DNA from: Kineococcus sp. SYSU DK003
GTDB taxonomy: Bacteria > Actinomycetota > Actinomycetes > Actinomycetales > Kineococcaceae
Reading direction: 5' to 3'
Assembly (NCBI RefSeq): GCF_050871945.1
Contig: NZ_JBJLSI010000012.1
Coordinates: forward strand, 1-24,000
Length of the DNA stretch: 24,000 nucleotides
A program made the position numbers and the translations under genes. This document shows positions 6,222 to 14,062 of the stretch, in pieces; the stretch's first letter is position 1, and the number at the start of each line of letters is the position of its first letter. The notes under the pieces are model-generated. The model was not told where the DNA came from. It saw nothing but the letters and a program-made list of their open reading frames with translations, and ran no database searches.

Positions 6222-6982
6222 ACTTCGCCGCCACAGTTCGCGAACGCGCTTCCGCAGTCTCTGTGCAGTGCTGCAGGTCAGTTGCTGCGCAAGGCCCAAC
6301 GCTGACTGCGGGTCGCCGACCTACGCGCCGCCGCGGGGTACTAGCGATCGAGACGCTCGGTCACGACAGCAGCTACAGCCGCGGCTGGAAGTGCACCGTC
6401 GGCGATAGAGACCGGCGACGGTGAGCAACAGTCGCCGTCTGGCGCACCGCGGCCTTCGGGCAGATCCTCCCCGGCGGCCCTCATGCCTTGCTCCCCGACG
6501 AGCGCTGCCAAGATCACTCGAGTACGCAGCAAACGCAGCCGACAGAGCGGTCGTGACCGATCCCGTCACGACCTCGCAGTCCTCGCCGCCTTCCAAGGCG
6601 GGGAACACTGTCTGGTATGGGCTCGGCGTAAGAACGATGGCACCCTGTTCCACCTGCGCGACGGTCAGGCCACAGCAGTCAGAGCTTGGGCCAAGGAGCA
6701 TCTGGAATGCTTCATGCCCGAGTGCGCCGACCGCCGGCTGACCACGGTCGCTAGTGGCGAGCTCGGCCTCCGCCGACGGCGCCCCATCACTGGCCGAGCC
6801 CGCGGAAGCTTGACTGGTCTGGCGGAGGCCATCGCATCGTCAAGAGCCCCACCGTGAGCCTGAAGCCCTCGCGTCACACCTCGGTGACTGACACCAGAAG
6901 TGATGCGTTCATCTGACTGCTCGCGCATGATCAACGTGCCCGCCTAGCCTGACGGTCCGCAGCCACTGAAGGAGTCCCAGCC

Positions 6983-9277
6983 GTGTCTCAGCCCTCTTAC
7001 CAACCGCGACTGCTTTCTGATGAGCCCCTCGACGCTGATGCCGCAGCTACCGATCAGCTGGGACGCGGACGCTTGGCAGCACACCTTCAGGTACTCCTCA
7101 CACGTTTGCGCCGCCAGCGCGCTTCAAGCGTCGTCGGGCTCGTCGGTCCATGGGGATCGGGCAAGACGAGCGTGTTGAACCTGCTGCAACAGCGTCTGCA
7201 CGCAGGCAACGCGGGTGAGCGCGACGGCTGGATCGTCACATGGTTCACCCCCTGGCTGTATAGCGACGCCGAAACTTTGCAGCGCGGTTTCTTCGCCGAG
7301 CTCCGGCAGGCGATGCCAGCGGATACGCGCTGGCGTGAAACCCGCACCCAGCTGGCCAAGGTTGCCAACGCGCTCACTCCGCTAGCTGCCCTGGCCCAGG
7401 TCGGCGGCGTCAACGGCGAGAAGCCAGCAGAGATGCTGCGGGACTGGATCGCCGGAGACACCAGCGTCTCCGCTACCCACCGGCAAGCCGCCGACGCGCT
7501 GGATCGACTTGATCAGCCCATCCTGGTGATCCTGGACGATCTCGACCGCCTCGAAGCGCCCGAGCTGCTACTGACCATCAAGCTCGTGCGAATGATCGGG
7601 CGCCTGCCCAACGTGCATTATCTACTCAGCTACGACGAGCAAACCCTCGTCGACCTGCTCAAACACACGTCCCTCGTCGGCGACAACGACCAACGAGCCC
7701 TGGACTACCTCGAAAAACTTGTCCAAGTCCGGGTCGACCTCCCCGCCCTACGTCCCTACCAGCGCACCACCCTGCTCACGACAGCTCTCAACGCTGTCCG
7801 CGACGAGCGCTACGCCCCCTTGACCAACGAGCAGGCCCAGCGCCTACGAACTCACCTCCACGAACACGGTCTCTTGCAGCGCCTCGACAGCCCCCGCACG
7901 ATCAACCGAGTCATGGGACAGATCGACGCCTTCCACGGCCTACTCGACGGAGAGGTCGACTTCGTCGACTATCTCGTCATCACCTGGCTGCGGACCGAGG
8001 AACCGCGGGTCTACCGCATGCTGGAGCAATACCGTGACCAACTGTTGGGCCAATCCCACGAGCAACTCACCCGACGGCTAGCTGCCTCCACCCGCGACTG
8101 GACCATCGTCCAGCAGCGGTGGCGTCAGCGCATCACCGACGCAGTCGCCGACCCAGCCAACAGCGACTCCATACTGCAACTTCTTACGTCTCTCTTCCCC
8201 GTCTTGCAGGCCGAGTTGACAGGCAACCTGCCGAATCCTCAAAGTACCAACTCGATCGCGCAACGGCGCGGTGTGGGCCACCCCTACTACTTCGACCACT
8301 ACTTCAGCTTCGGAGTGCCCGAGGAAGGGCTAGCCGACACCGTCGTCCGCGACGCACTCACCGCCCTGAGCGGGCACCAAGAAGTCGATGTCATCGAAGG
8401 CAACGACAACACCGACGGTCCCGATGACCCCGCCGTAGCGACCGTCCGCGCTGAACTACACGGCGACGTCGAACGAGTCACCTGGAAACTGGAGCACTAC
8501 CTCACACCCGGGCATCCGGCCACCACAGGGCTGCTCGACCTCGTCGCCCACGAGTTCGGCCGTCTCAACGACGGCGAAGTTGGTTTGCTCTTGAGCCGGC
8601 GCAATGTGGTGGAAGGCTTCATCTATCGGCTCCTGGCACGCACCGATCCTTCGGACGTTCTTGCCTTCACTGATCGACAACTGGCCACCGACGACGGGCT
8701 CCGATTGATGGGCATCGTGGCCCGCATTGCCCGTCCCAACAATGACCCGATCGACTCCACCGGAGCGCTGCACACTGCACCGCCGTGGAGCGAGGAGGTC
8801 ACCCGCCGAACCGCCGCCGCCTACGCCGTCCGCCACGAAACGGATCGCACGCACACCTTGGACGTCTTTGACCGAGTCGGTGTAGGCCGTTGGTACTCCT
8901 GGTGGTCCCTGGATTCCAGCGCCGCTGCCACCTGGCTGCGAGAGCAGGTGCAGACGGGGCGATGGGACCTGTGGAGTGTCCTGGCCACCTGGATCGGCAC
9001 CCGACGTATCGTCGGCGCCGACGACGCTCCCGCCCGCGTCGCTGAACTCGACGACCACCTCGTAGAGCAAGTATTTGGTATCGACTGGGTCCTGGAGAAA
9101 CTTCACAGCAGAATTACTGCGACCACCGCTCCAGCAGTCCACTGGGGCGAGGACCTACCTGACACCCCAACGAACCGCGACCGCGTCGTCCTCACCACCC
9201 TTCAGCACTGGGCACACCAGCGCGAGGCCGCGACGCCCTCAACTTCTGCTGCTGATGACGACGCCAGTGCACCATAG
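6983..9277 (+). CDS. KAP-family P-loop NTPase (764 aa)
   Basis: GTG 6983 with GAAGGAG (6968-6974). DQLGRGRLAAHL..., Walker A GLVGPWGSGKTS, WFTPWLY, Walker B PILVILDDLDRL, and LLTIKLVRMIGRLPNVHYLLSYDEQTL together give the KAP (PF07693-type) layout. The C-terminal ~450 aa are unassigned. Confidence 0.9.
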   Translation: MSQPSYQPRLLSDEPLDADAAATDQLGRGRLAAHLQVLLTRLRRQRASSVVGLVGPWGSGKTSVLNLLQQRLHAGNAGERDGWIVTWFTPWLYSDAETLQRGFFAELRQAMPADTRWRETRTQLAKVANALTPLAALAQVGGVNGEKPAEMLRDWIAGDTSVSATHRQAADALDRLDQPILVILDDLDRLEAPELLLTIKLVRMIGRLPNVHYLLSYDEQTLVDLLKHTSLVGDNDQRALDYLEKLVQVRVDLPALRPYQRTTLLTTALNAVRDERYAPLTNEQAQRLRTHLHEHGLLQRLDSPRTINRVMGQIDAFHGLLDGEVDFVDYLVITWLRTEEPRVYRMLEQYRDQLLGQSHEQLTRRLAASTRDWTIVQQRWRQRITDAVADPANSDSILQLLTSLFPVLQAELTGNLPNPQSTNSIAQRRGVGHPYYFDHYFSFGVPEEGLADTVVRDALTALSGHQEVDVIEGNDNTDGPDDPAVATVRAELHGDVERVTWKLEHYLTPGHPATTGLLDLVAHEFGRLNDGEVGLLLSRRNVVEGFIYRLLARTDPSDVLAFTDRQLATDDGLRLMGIVARIARPNNDPIDSTGALHTAPPWSEEVTRRTAAAYAVRHETDRTHTLDVFDRVGVGRWYSWWSLDSSAAATWLREQVQTGRWDLWSVLATWIGTRRIVGADDAPARVAELDDHLVEQVFGIDWVLEKLHSRITATTAPAVHWGEDLPDTPTNRDRVVLTTLQHWAHQREAATPSTSAADDDASAP

Positions 9278-9941
9278 CCAGCCGCCGGCTCCGTTCCGAC
9301 CGGCGATGACCACGTGGCGCACCCGCAACCCAGTTCAGCCGCCCCGTTACCTCCCGGGTGGTGGCGATAGCCGGGCCCGGCGTGGCCGCGGGCCTCACCG
9401 GTGCGTCCTGGCTCTGGATCGCCACGACCACCACGGTCCCGGCGCCAGTCAGCGGTCTCCTCGTCATGGCGTCGCCGGTCACCCCGACGACGTTGCGCGG
9501 GACGCCTGGGCACGCAACGGGACGGTCGGCTGGTCTGCCCAACCACCGCGGCATCTCCCGCAACGGTAGACCCGCAGGCGCGCTCCCGGCCACCCACCTG
9601 CGCGTGACAGCTCGACTGCGTACTGGCCAACACCAACAGGGGCGCGATGCGCCTGCGGTAACGAACCGCTGCACGCACACACGAAGCGCCCTAACCCCGC
9701 GATGCAGCGTGGACCCGAGGTGAGCGCGCCTCGCCCCCCAGCGCGCCAACGCCTTGGGCAGTGCGTCAAAGCTGCTTGCGCCACGCCGACACCGAGCCGG
9801 AGCGCAGCACCGGACACCGCCGGTCGTAGCGTGGTCCTCCCAGGCTCCTGCCTGACCCGCACCACGCGGACCTCACGCGGACGCCGCGCATCCCCTCCAC
9901 CCACGTCGCCCCCTATCGCGTTTCGCACAAGGAGCCCTCTG

Positions 9942-10640
9942 GTGAACAAGACCGAACTCGTCGATGCCCTCGAAACCCGCCTGGGCGGACGCAGGGAGGC
10001 CCTGGCCGCCCTGGAGGCGGTCCTGGAGGTCATCACCCTGACCGTGGCCAAGGGCGACAAAGTCACCCTCACCGGCTTCGGCACCTTCGAAAAGCAGACC
10101 CGCAACGCCCGCACCGGACGCAACCCCCGCACCGGCGAACCCGTCAAGATCAAGAAGACGTCCATGCCGCGTTTCCGCGCCGGCACCGCCTTCAAGGCCG
10201 TCGTCTCCGACACCAAGACCCTGCGTGCCTACCAGGCCGGCATCAAGGAACGCGCCGCCAGTGCCAACGCTGCCGCCAGCAGCAGCACCGCGGCGGCCAC
10301 CCCCAGGACCGCCGGCACCAAGACCACCACCACCGCGAGGGCAACTGCTGCCAACAAGGCAGCCAAGAAGGCGGGACCCGCCCGCACAACCACGGGTACG
10401 GCCACCAAGCCAGCCACCACACCGGCCGCCGCGACGCGCCCCCGCACGATCACCAAACCGGCCGCCACCACAGGGACGGCGACAGGGACGGCGACGGGGA
10501 CGGCAACCAGGGCCACGAAGAAGGCAGCCTCGGCCACCCCCAGCACAACCCGCGTCACCAACGCAGCGACCCGCGCCACCGCGACGAAGACCTCCGCGGC
10601 CAAGAAGGGGACCACCGCCCGGGCGGCGAAGAAAGCCTGA
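9942..10640 (+). CDS. hup: HU-family nucleoid protein with a long Thr/Ala/Lys-rich C-terminal tail (HupB/HupS/Hlp type)
   Basis: GTG 9942 with AAGGAG (9929-9934). MNKTELVDAL...VTLTGFGTFEKQTRNARTGRNPRTGEPVKIKKTSMPRFRAGTAFKAVV is a canonical HU fold. A ~140-aa low-complexity tail follows, including TGTATGTATGTAT. The 9702-9941 part of the tracked ORF was rejected. Confidence 0.9.
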   Translation: MNKTELVDALETRLGGRREALAALEAVLEVITLTVAKGDKVTLTGFGTFEKQTRNARTGRNPRTGEPVKIKKTSMPRFRAGTAFKAVVSDTKTLRAYQAGIKERAASANAAASSSTAAATPRTAGTKTTTTARATAANKAAKKAGPARTTTGTATKPATTPAAATRPRTITKPAATTGTATGTATGTATRATKKAASATPSTTRVTNAATRATATKTSAAKKGTTARAAKKA

Positions 10641-10705
10641 CCGGCCAGACATCTAGCCCCGGGCAAGACCTCACCGGCGGGAAGCCCCAGCCAGGCAGAG
10701 ATAAA

Positions 10706-10746
10706 TGATGGCCCCCGCACCCTCGGGGGGGGTGCGGGGGCCATCA
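10706..10746. terminator. 17-bp stem GC-rich hairpin
   Basis: TGATGGCCCCCGCACCC-tcggggg-GGGTGCGGGGGCCATCA, 66 nt after the hup stop. No U-tract, which is common in actinobacteria. Confidence 0.55.
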
Positions 10747-10946
10747 GCTGCCGGCTCGGGGGACCGCAGTGCCAGGCGACACCCAAGTCCGAGCCGAACC
10801 GGCGCCACACCTGGACCGCAGCACCGCCGCCAGTGACCTGACCGGCGCCAGCGGCGCGACCCGCTACGTCCCATCCCGGGGACCTCGACTGAGCCCTGAA
10901 GCAGGCCAACGGCATATCACCAGCTCACCGGCGGCTCAGCGGCGAC

Positions 10947-11201
10947 TCAGCGGCGGCCGTAGCGGCGGCGGAACTTCTCCACGCGCCCCTCACTGTCCAG
11001 CACACGGGCATTCCCGGTCCAGAACGGGTGACTGGCCGAGGAGACATCCACATCGAAGACCGGGTAGTCGTCCCCGTCCTGCATCGTCAACCGCGGCAGA
11101 CCATCGCGAGCACTCAACGTCGAGCGCGACAAGAACGTCGTGCCGGCGGACTTGTCGCGGAAGGCGACCAGACCGTAGGCGGGGTGGGTGTTCGACTTCA
11201 T
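10947..11201 (-). CDS. rpmE2: 50S ribosomal protein L31 type B (Cys-free paralogue)
   Basis: MKSNTHPAYGLVAFRDKSAGTTFLSRST...DGDDYPVFDVDVSSASHPFWTG...GRVEKFRRRYG. There is no CxxC zinc motif. ATG 11201 with GGAGG 5 nt upstream. The track's extra N-terminal M is a GTG at 11204. Confidence 0.9.
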   Translation of the reverse strand: MKSNTHPAYGLVAFRDKSAGTTFLSRSTLSARDGLPRLTMQDGDDYPVFDVDVSSASHPFWTGNARVLDSEGRVEKFRRRYGRR

Positions 11202-11413
11202 CACAGCCTCCGAACGTGCTCAGTGCGGAACTCGCCTACCTGAGAACCCTTCTCGACCGCATCCTGTTCCCGGCCCACCACCCGCGAGCGCCGGACACCA
11301 CCCACCCGCGAGCGCGCCGGCACCACCTCGCCTGCGGACGCCCACTCGAGCGCCCGCGACGTACGGCACATGGCGATGTCCGGGTGCAAGCCGAGCACGA
11401 CGATCACCCGCAT
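11201..11413 (-). CDS. Hypothetical 70-aa ORF whose stop overlaps the rpmE2 start
   Basis: MRVIVVLGLHPDIAMCRTSRALEW... shows high third-position GC. Its TGA (11203-11201) shares one base with the rpmE2 ATG. No SD at ATG 11413 and no recognisable family. Confidence 0.25.
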   Translation of the reverse strand: MRVIVVLGLHPDIAMCRTSRALEWASAGEVVPARSRVGGVRRSRVVGREQDAVEKGSQVGEFRTEHVRRL

Positions 11414-11623
11414 AATGACGATGACCGCGTCTTTTGATCTCCCACGCAGTGCCGATGAGCGAACATGCCTGCAGGCGGTCTCAGCCGGCTCATCGACATT
11501 GGCCACAGCCCTCGATCACGACCTCGAGCCGCAGCCGCAAGTGGGTGCTCGCGACGCAGGCGCACGACGGCTGGCTCTCAACCCGCGTGCTTGACAGCAG
11601 GGCGCGGAGCTAGGTTTTCTTGC

Positions 11624-12118
11624 ATGGCCGAGACACAGCGCGAGCCCGTGCCCAGAGTCGACACCGGCGAGCTCGAGACAGCCCTAGCGTTCTTGGACTT
11701 CTCCCGCTCCTGCATGTTGAAGAAGGCCGCGGGGCTTTCCGATGAGCAGCTGCAACGAGTGCTGGTCGACAGCGGCACCTCGATCCTCGGCTTGGTTCGA
11801 CACCTCACCATGTCGGAGCGCTGGTGGTTCGGCTACCACCTGCTGGGGCTGCACAAGGATCACGAGTGGGATTTCGAGATGACCCTGCCCGTGGGGACTC
11901 CCGTGCGGGAGGTGCTTGAGGACTACCGCGCCGCCATCGACGAGAGCAACGCGGCCATCCGGTCGGTGGGTGACCCGACCGCACCGTTGGCGCGGCAGGT
12001 CGACGGCGAACGGCTCAGCGTCCGCTGGATGCTTGCGCACATGGGCGCTGAGGTTGCGCGGCACGTCGGGCACGCCGACATCCTGCGCGAGCAGCTCGAC
12101 GGCACCACCGGCCGCTAG
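11624..12118 (+). CDS. DinB/DUF664-family protein
   Basis: ALAFLDFSRSCMLKKAAGLSDEQL...ILGLVRHLTMSERWWF...VRWMLAHMGAEVARHVGHADILREQLDG is the typical DinB-like four-helix pattern with His residues. ATG 11624 lies 7 nt after TAGGTT (11611-11616, TANNNT), so the transcript may be leaderless. Confidence 0.8.
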   Translation: MAETQREPVPRVDTGELETALAFLDFSRSCMLKKAAGLSDEQLQRVLVDSGTSILGLVRHLTMSERWWFGYHLLGLHKDHEWDFEMTLPVGTPVREVLEDYRAAIDESNAAIRSVGDPTAPLARQVDGERLSVRWMLAHMGAEVARHVGHADILREQLDGTTGR

Positions 12119-12226
12119 CCCTTCGCTGAGATCGTCCCCGAGCTCACTGATCGGCCGCTCCAGCCTCGATCTCCTGATCGCTGGCGTCAGCGCCAGCGCG
12201 CGAAGACGCACGGTCATCTCGTCGTG

Positions 12227-12247
12227 CGGGACGTCGTCGACGTCCCG
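12227..12247. terminator. 10-bp-arm palindrome between the DinB-family and CheB-like genes
   Basis: CGGGACGTCG-t-CGACGTCCCG. A second small hairpin, CTGGCG-tcag-CGCCAG, sits at 12181-12196. Function unproven. Confidence 0.3.
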
Positions 12248-12311
12248 GTCCTGGCGAAAGGCGCGCGTCCAGCGGAGATCTCCCCAGCCCCTGCCGTCCT
12301 AAGGTGCGGGG

Positions 12312-12968
12312 ATGCTCGAACCCACGGGTAGGCATCACGCGATCACCCAAGCCGGTGACCCGACCAGCAGCCAGGTCAGTGGCCAGGTCAGTGGCCCGGT
12401 CATCGCCCTGGTCTGCTCCGCAGGCGGGCTCAAGCCCCTCATCGAGATCCTCGCTCACCTGCCCGGCGATCTGCCCGCCGCCCTCATCGTCATCCAGCAC
12501 CAAGACCCCCGCAGCCACAACCTGCTGGCCCACGTCCTGCAACCACACACCGACCTGGCCGTACGCCCCGCCGAAGACGAGATGCTGCTGCACCCCGGAG
12601 TCGTCCACCTGCCCTCAGGGGGTCAGCACCTGCTCGTCAGCGCCGGGCGGCGCCTGCTGCTCCTGCCCGCCGGCCCCACACCCCCACCCCGCCCCAGCGC
12701 CGACCTGCTCCTGACCTCCCTGGCCCTGGCCGTCGGGCCCCAGGCCATCGCCGTGGTCCTGTCCGGAGGCGGCAACGACGGCGCCACCGGAGCCACCGCC
12801 ATCCACCGCTGCGGCGGACTGGTCATCACCGCCACCGAAGCATCCAGCGCCCAGCCGGACATGCCCCGCGCCACCGCCGAACGCGACCACATCACCGCCC
12901 ACGTCAGCGACCCCACCGACATCGCCGCCCTCCTGATACGCGCCGTGACCACTGCCCGGCCGGGGTGA
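12312..12968 (+). CDS. Stand-alone CheB-type methylesterase domain protein (no receiver domain)
   Basis: VIALVCSAGGLKPLIEILAHLPGDLPAALIVIQHQDP...RPSADLLLTSLA...AVVLSGGGNDGATGATAIHRCGGLVITA. The Ser (SAGG), His (IQHQ) and Asp (GNDGA) positions of the CheB triad are all present. Confidence 0.8.
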   Translation: MLEPTGRHHAITQAGDPTSSQVSGQVSGPVIALVCSAGGLKPLIEILAHLPGDLPAALIVIQHQDPRSHNLLAHVLQPHTDLAVRPAEDEMLLHPGVVHLPSGGQHLLVSAGRRLLLLPAGPTPPPRPSADLLLTSLALAVGPQAIAVVLSGGGNDGATGATAIHRCGGLVITATEASSAQPDMPRATAERDHITAHVSDPTDIAALLIRAVTTARPG

Positions 12969-13020
12969 GGAGTCGAGGACCCGCGACGGCACCAGCCCCA
13001 GCACCTGATGACAAGAAGAC

Positions 13021-13064
13021 GGCAAGGAGGGGGCAAGGAGGGGGCAAGGAGGGGGCAAGGAAGC
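13021..13064. repeat. Four tandem 11-bp repeats GGCAAGGAGGG (Shine-Dalgarno-like)
   Basis: Three exact copies plus GGCAAGGAAGC. Each copy contains AAGGAGG and, across unit boundaries, a G5 run. Intergenic, about 165 bp upstream of ATG 13230. Confidence 0.8.
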
Positions 13065-13229
13065 GAACGATCCGCGGGTCATGGCGCTCTGCGGGCTGGA
13101 CGCACCGTGAAGGATCAGCGCCTGCTGTCGCACTCCTGCCACCATCACGGCAAAGCAGCCCGAAAGTGGCTCCGGCGGCGCTATGAGTTCCCTGACTGGT
13201 CAGGACGCGAGCCGCCTGGGGGGAACCTC

Positions 13230-13547
13230 ATGAAGCAGCAGGACGCCATCGACACCTGGTGGTTCGACGCCGATGAGCCCACCCGGGCTCGAGCGCTGCA
13301 ACTGGCCCGAACCGACCTGCTGCCAGAAGACATGGTCATCGACTTGATGCTGGCCGGCGCGGCCATGGTCCGCGTCGACACGCCCGCAGGCGTAGGGCAC
13401 ATCATCCCGGAGGTGCTGTGGGACTTCCTCATGGCGGCCCGGCAGATGCGTTCGCGAGACCTCGGCGTCGGCTCGAGCCAGTTCACCGTCCACGGCGGCG
13501 ACCTCACTGAGGGCTACCTCACGCTCAACGCCAGCTACACGACCTGA
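13230..13547 (+). CDS. Hypothetical 105-aa protein
   Basis: ATG 13230 after GGGGGGAA. MKQQDAIDTWWFDADEPTRARALQLARTDLLPEDMVIDLMLAG... has coding-like composition and no recognised family. Confidence 0.5.
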   Translation: MKQQDAIDTWWFDADEPTRARALQLARTDLLPEDMVIDLMLAGAAMVRVDTPAGVGHIIPEVLWDFLMAARQMRSRDLGVGSSQFTVHGGDLTEGYLTLNASYTT

Positions 13548-13560
13548 GTAGCCCTCGGAG

Positions 13561-13945
13561 CGATGGAACGCTTCCTCACGGCACGTGCACCGCCATGCCG
13601 CGTCGTGGTCACTTCGGCAGCGGGCGGAGCCCGGTTCAGCAGGTCAAGCCCACCACGTCACCGTCGACCTGCGCGAGGTCGAAGAACCACCTTCGGGCCA
13701 ACGCAAAGTCTCGACCGGCGCCCCGACCAGCCGGTCGGTCCAGCTGACAGTCACCGACGACGGCACCGGCTTCGACCCAGCGGTCCTGCCCCAGCGGCTG
13801 CAGCAGGGGCACATCGGCCTGAGCTCTCAAAGCCTGCGGGTGCAGACCGTGGGAGGGCAGGTCGACATCACCACCCCGCCGGGGGGGTGGAACCCGCGTC
13901 CAAGTCACCGTTCCCGTGTCTGCCGCCGGCCGGCTGGCCAAATAA
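13561..13945 (+). pseudogene. C-terminal fragment of a NarL-partner-type sensor histidine kinase (HATPase_c), frameshifted
   Basis: N-box-like VHRHAAS, then VQLTVTDDGTGFDP, GHIGLSSQSLRVQTVGGQVDITTPPGG. After a G7 run (13881-13887), the expected ending GGTRVQVTVPVSAAGRLAK-stop (13943-13945) lies in another frame. No DHp or sensor region lies upstream. Confidence 0.6.
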
Positions 13946-14062
13946 GCCGGCACAGCCACCCACCCGTGATCACACCGACTGATGCACCGACTCACGGAGG
14001 CACCGCGAGCGCGAGAACACCTGCTGAATCCCGGCCCGCGACATCGGGCGTACGGCCGCTCC

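Noticed and set aside
5787-6299. 170-aa minus-strand ORF antisense to the KTSC gene
   Set aside because: It has no motifs and is Arg/Gly-rich, whereas the plus frame matches the KTSC domain pattern.
6394-6437. Two mutually exclusive hairpins (CACCGTCGGCG/CGGCGACGGTG versus CGGCGAC/GTCGCCG) suggestive of an attenuator
   Set aside because: The stems are short and imperfect in GC-rich DNA, and they lie inside a region that may be decayed coding sequence. I cannot distinguish them from chance without folding statistics.
9702-9941. 80-codon N-terminal extension of the HU ORF in the track
   Set aside because: The extension is Arg/Pro/Ser-rich. A GTG with an AAGGAG SD at 9942 gives the canonical MNKTELV HU N-terminus.
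9278-9941. Several 120-185-aa ORFs on both strands between the KAP gene and hup
   Set aside because: All are Arg/Pro-rich or lack an SD and a start context. The hydrophobic start of 9358-9723 (IAGPGVAAGLTGASWLWIA) is the only mildly protein-like piece and degenerates quickly. The region is left unannotated.
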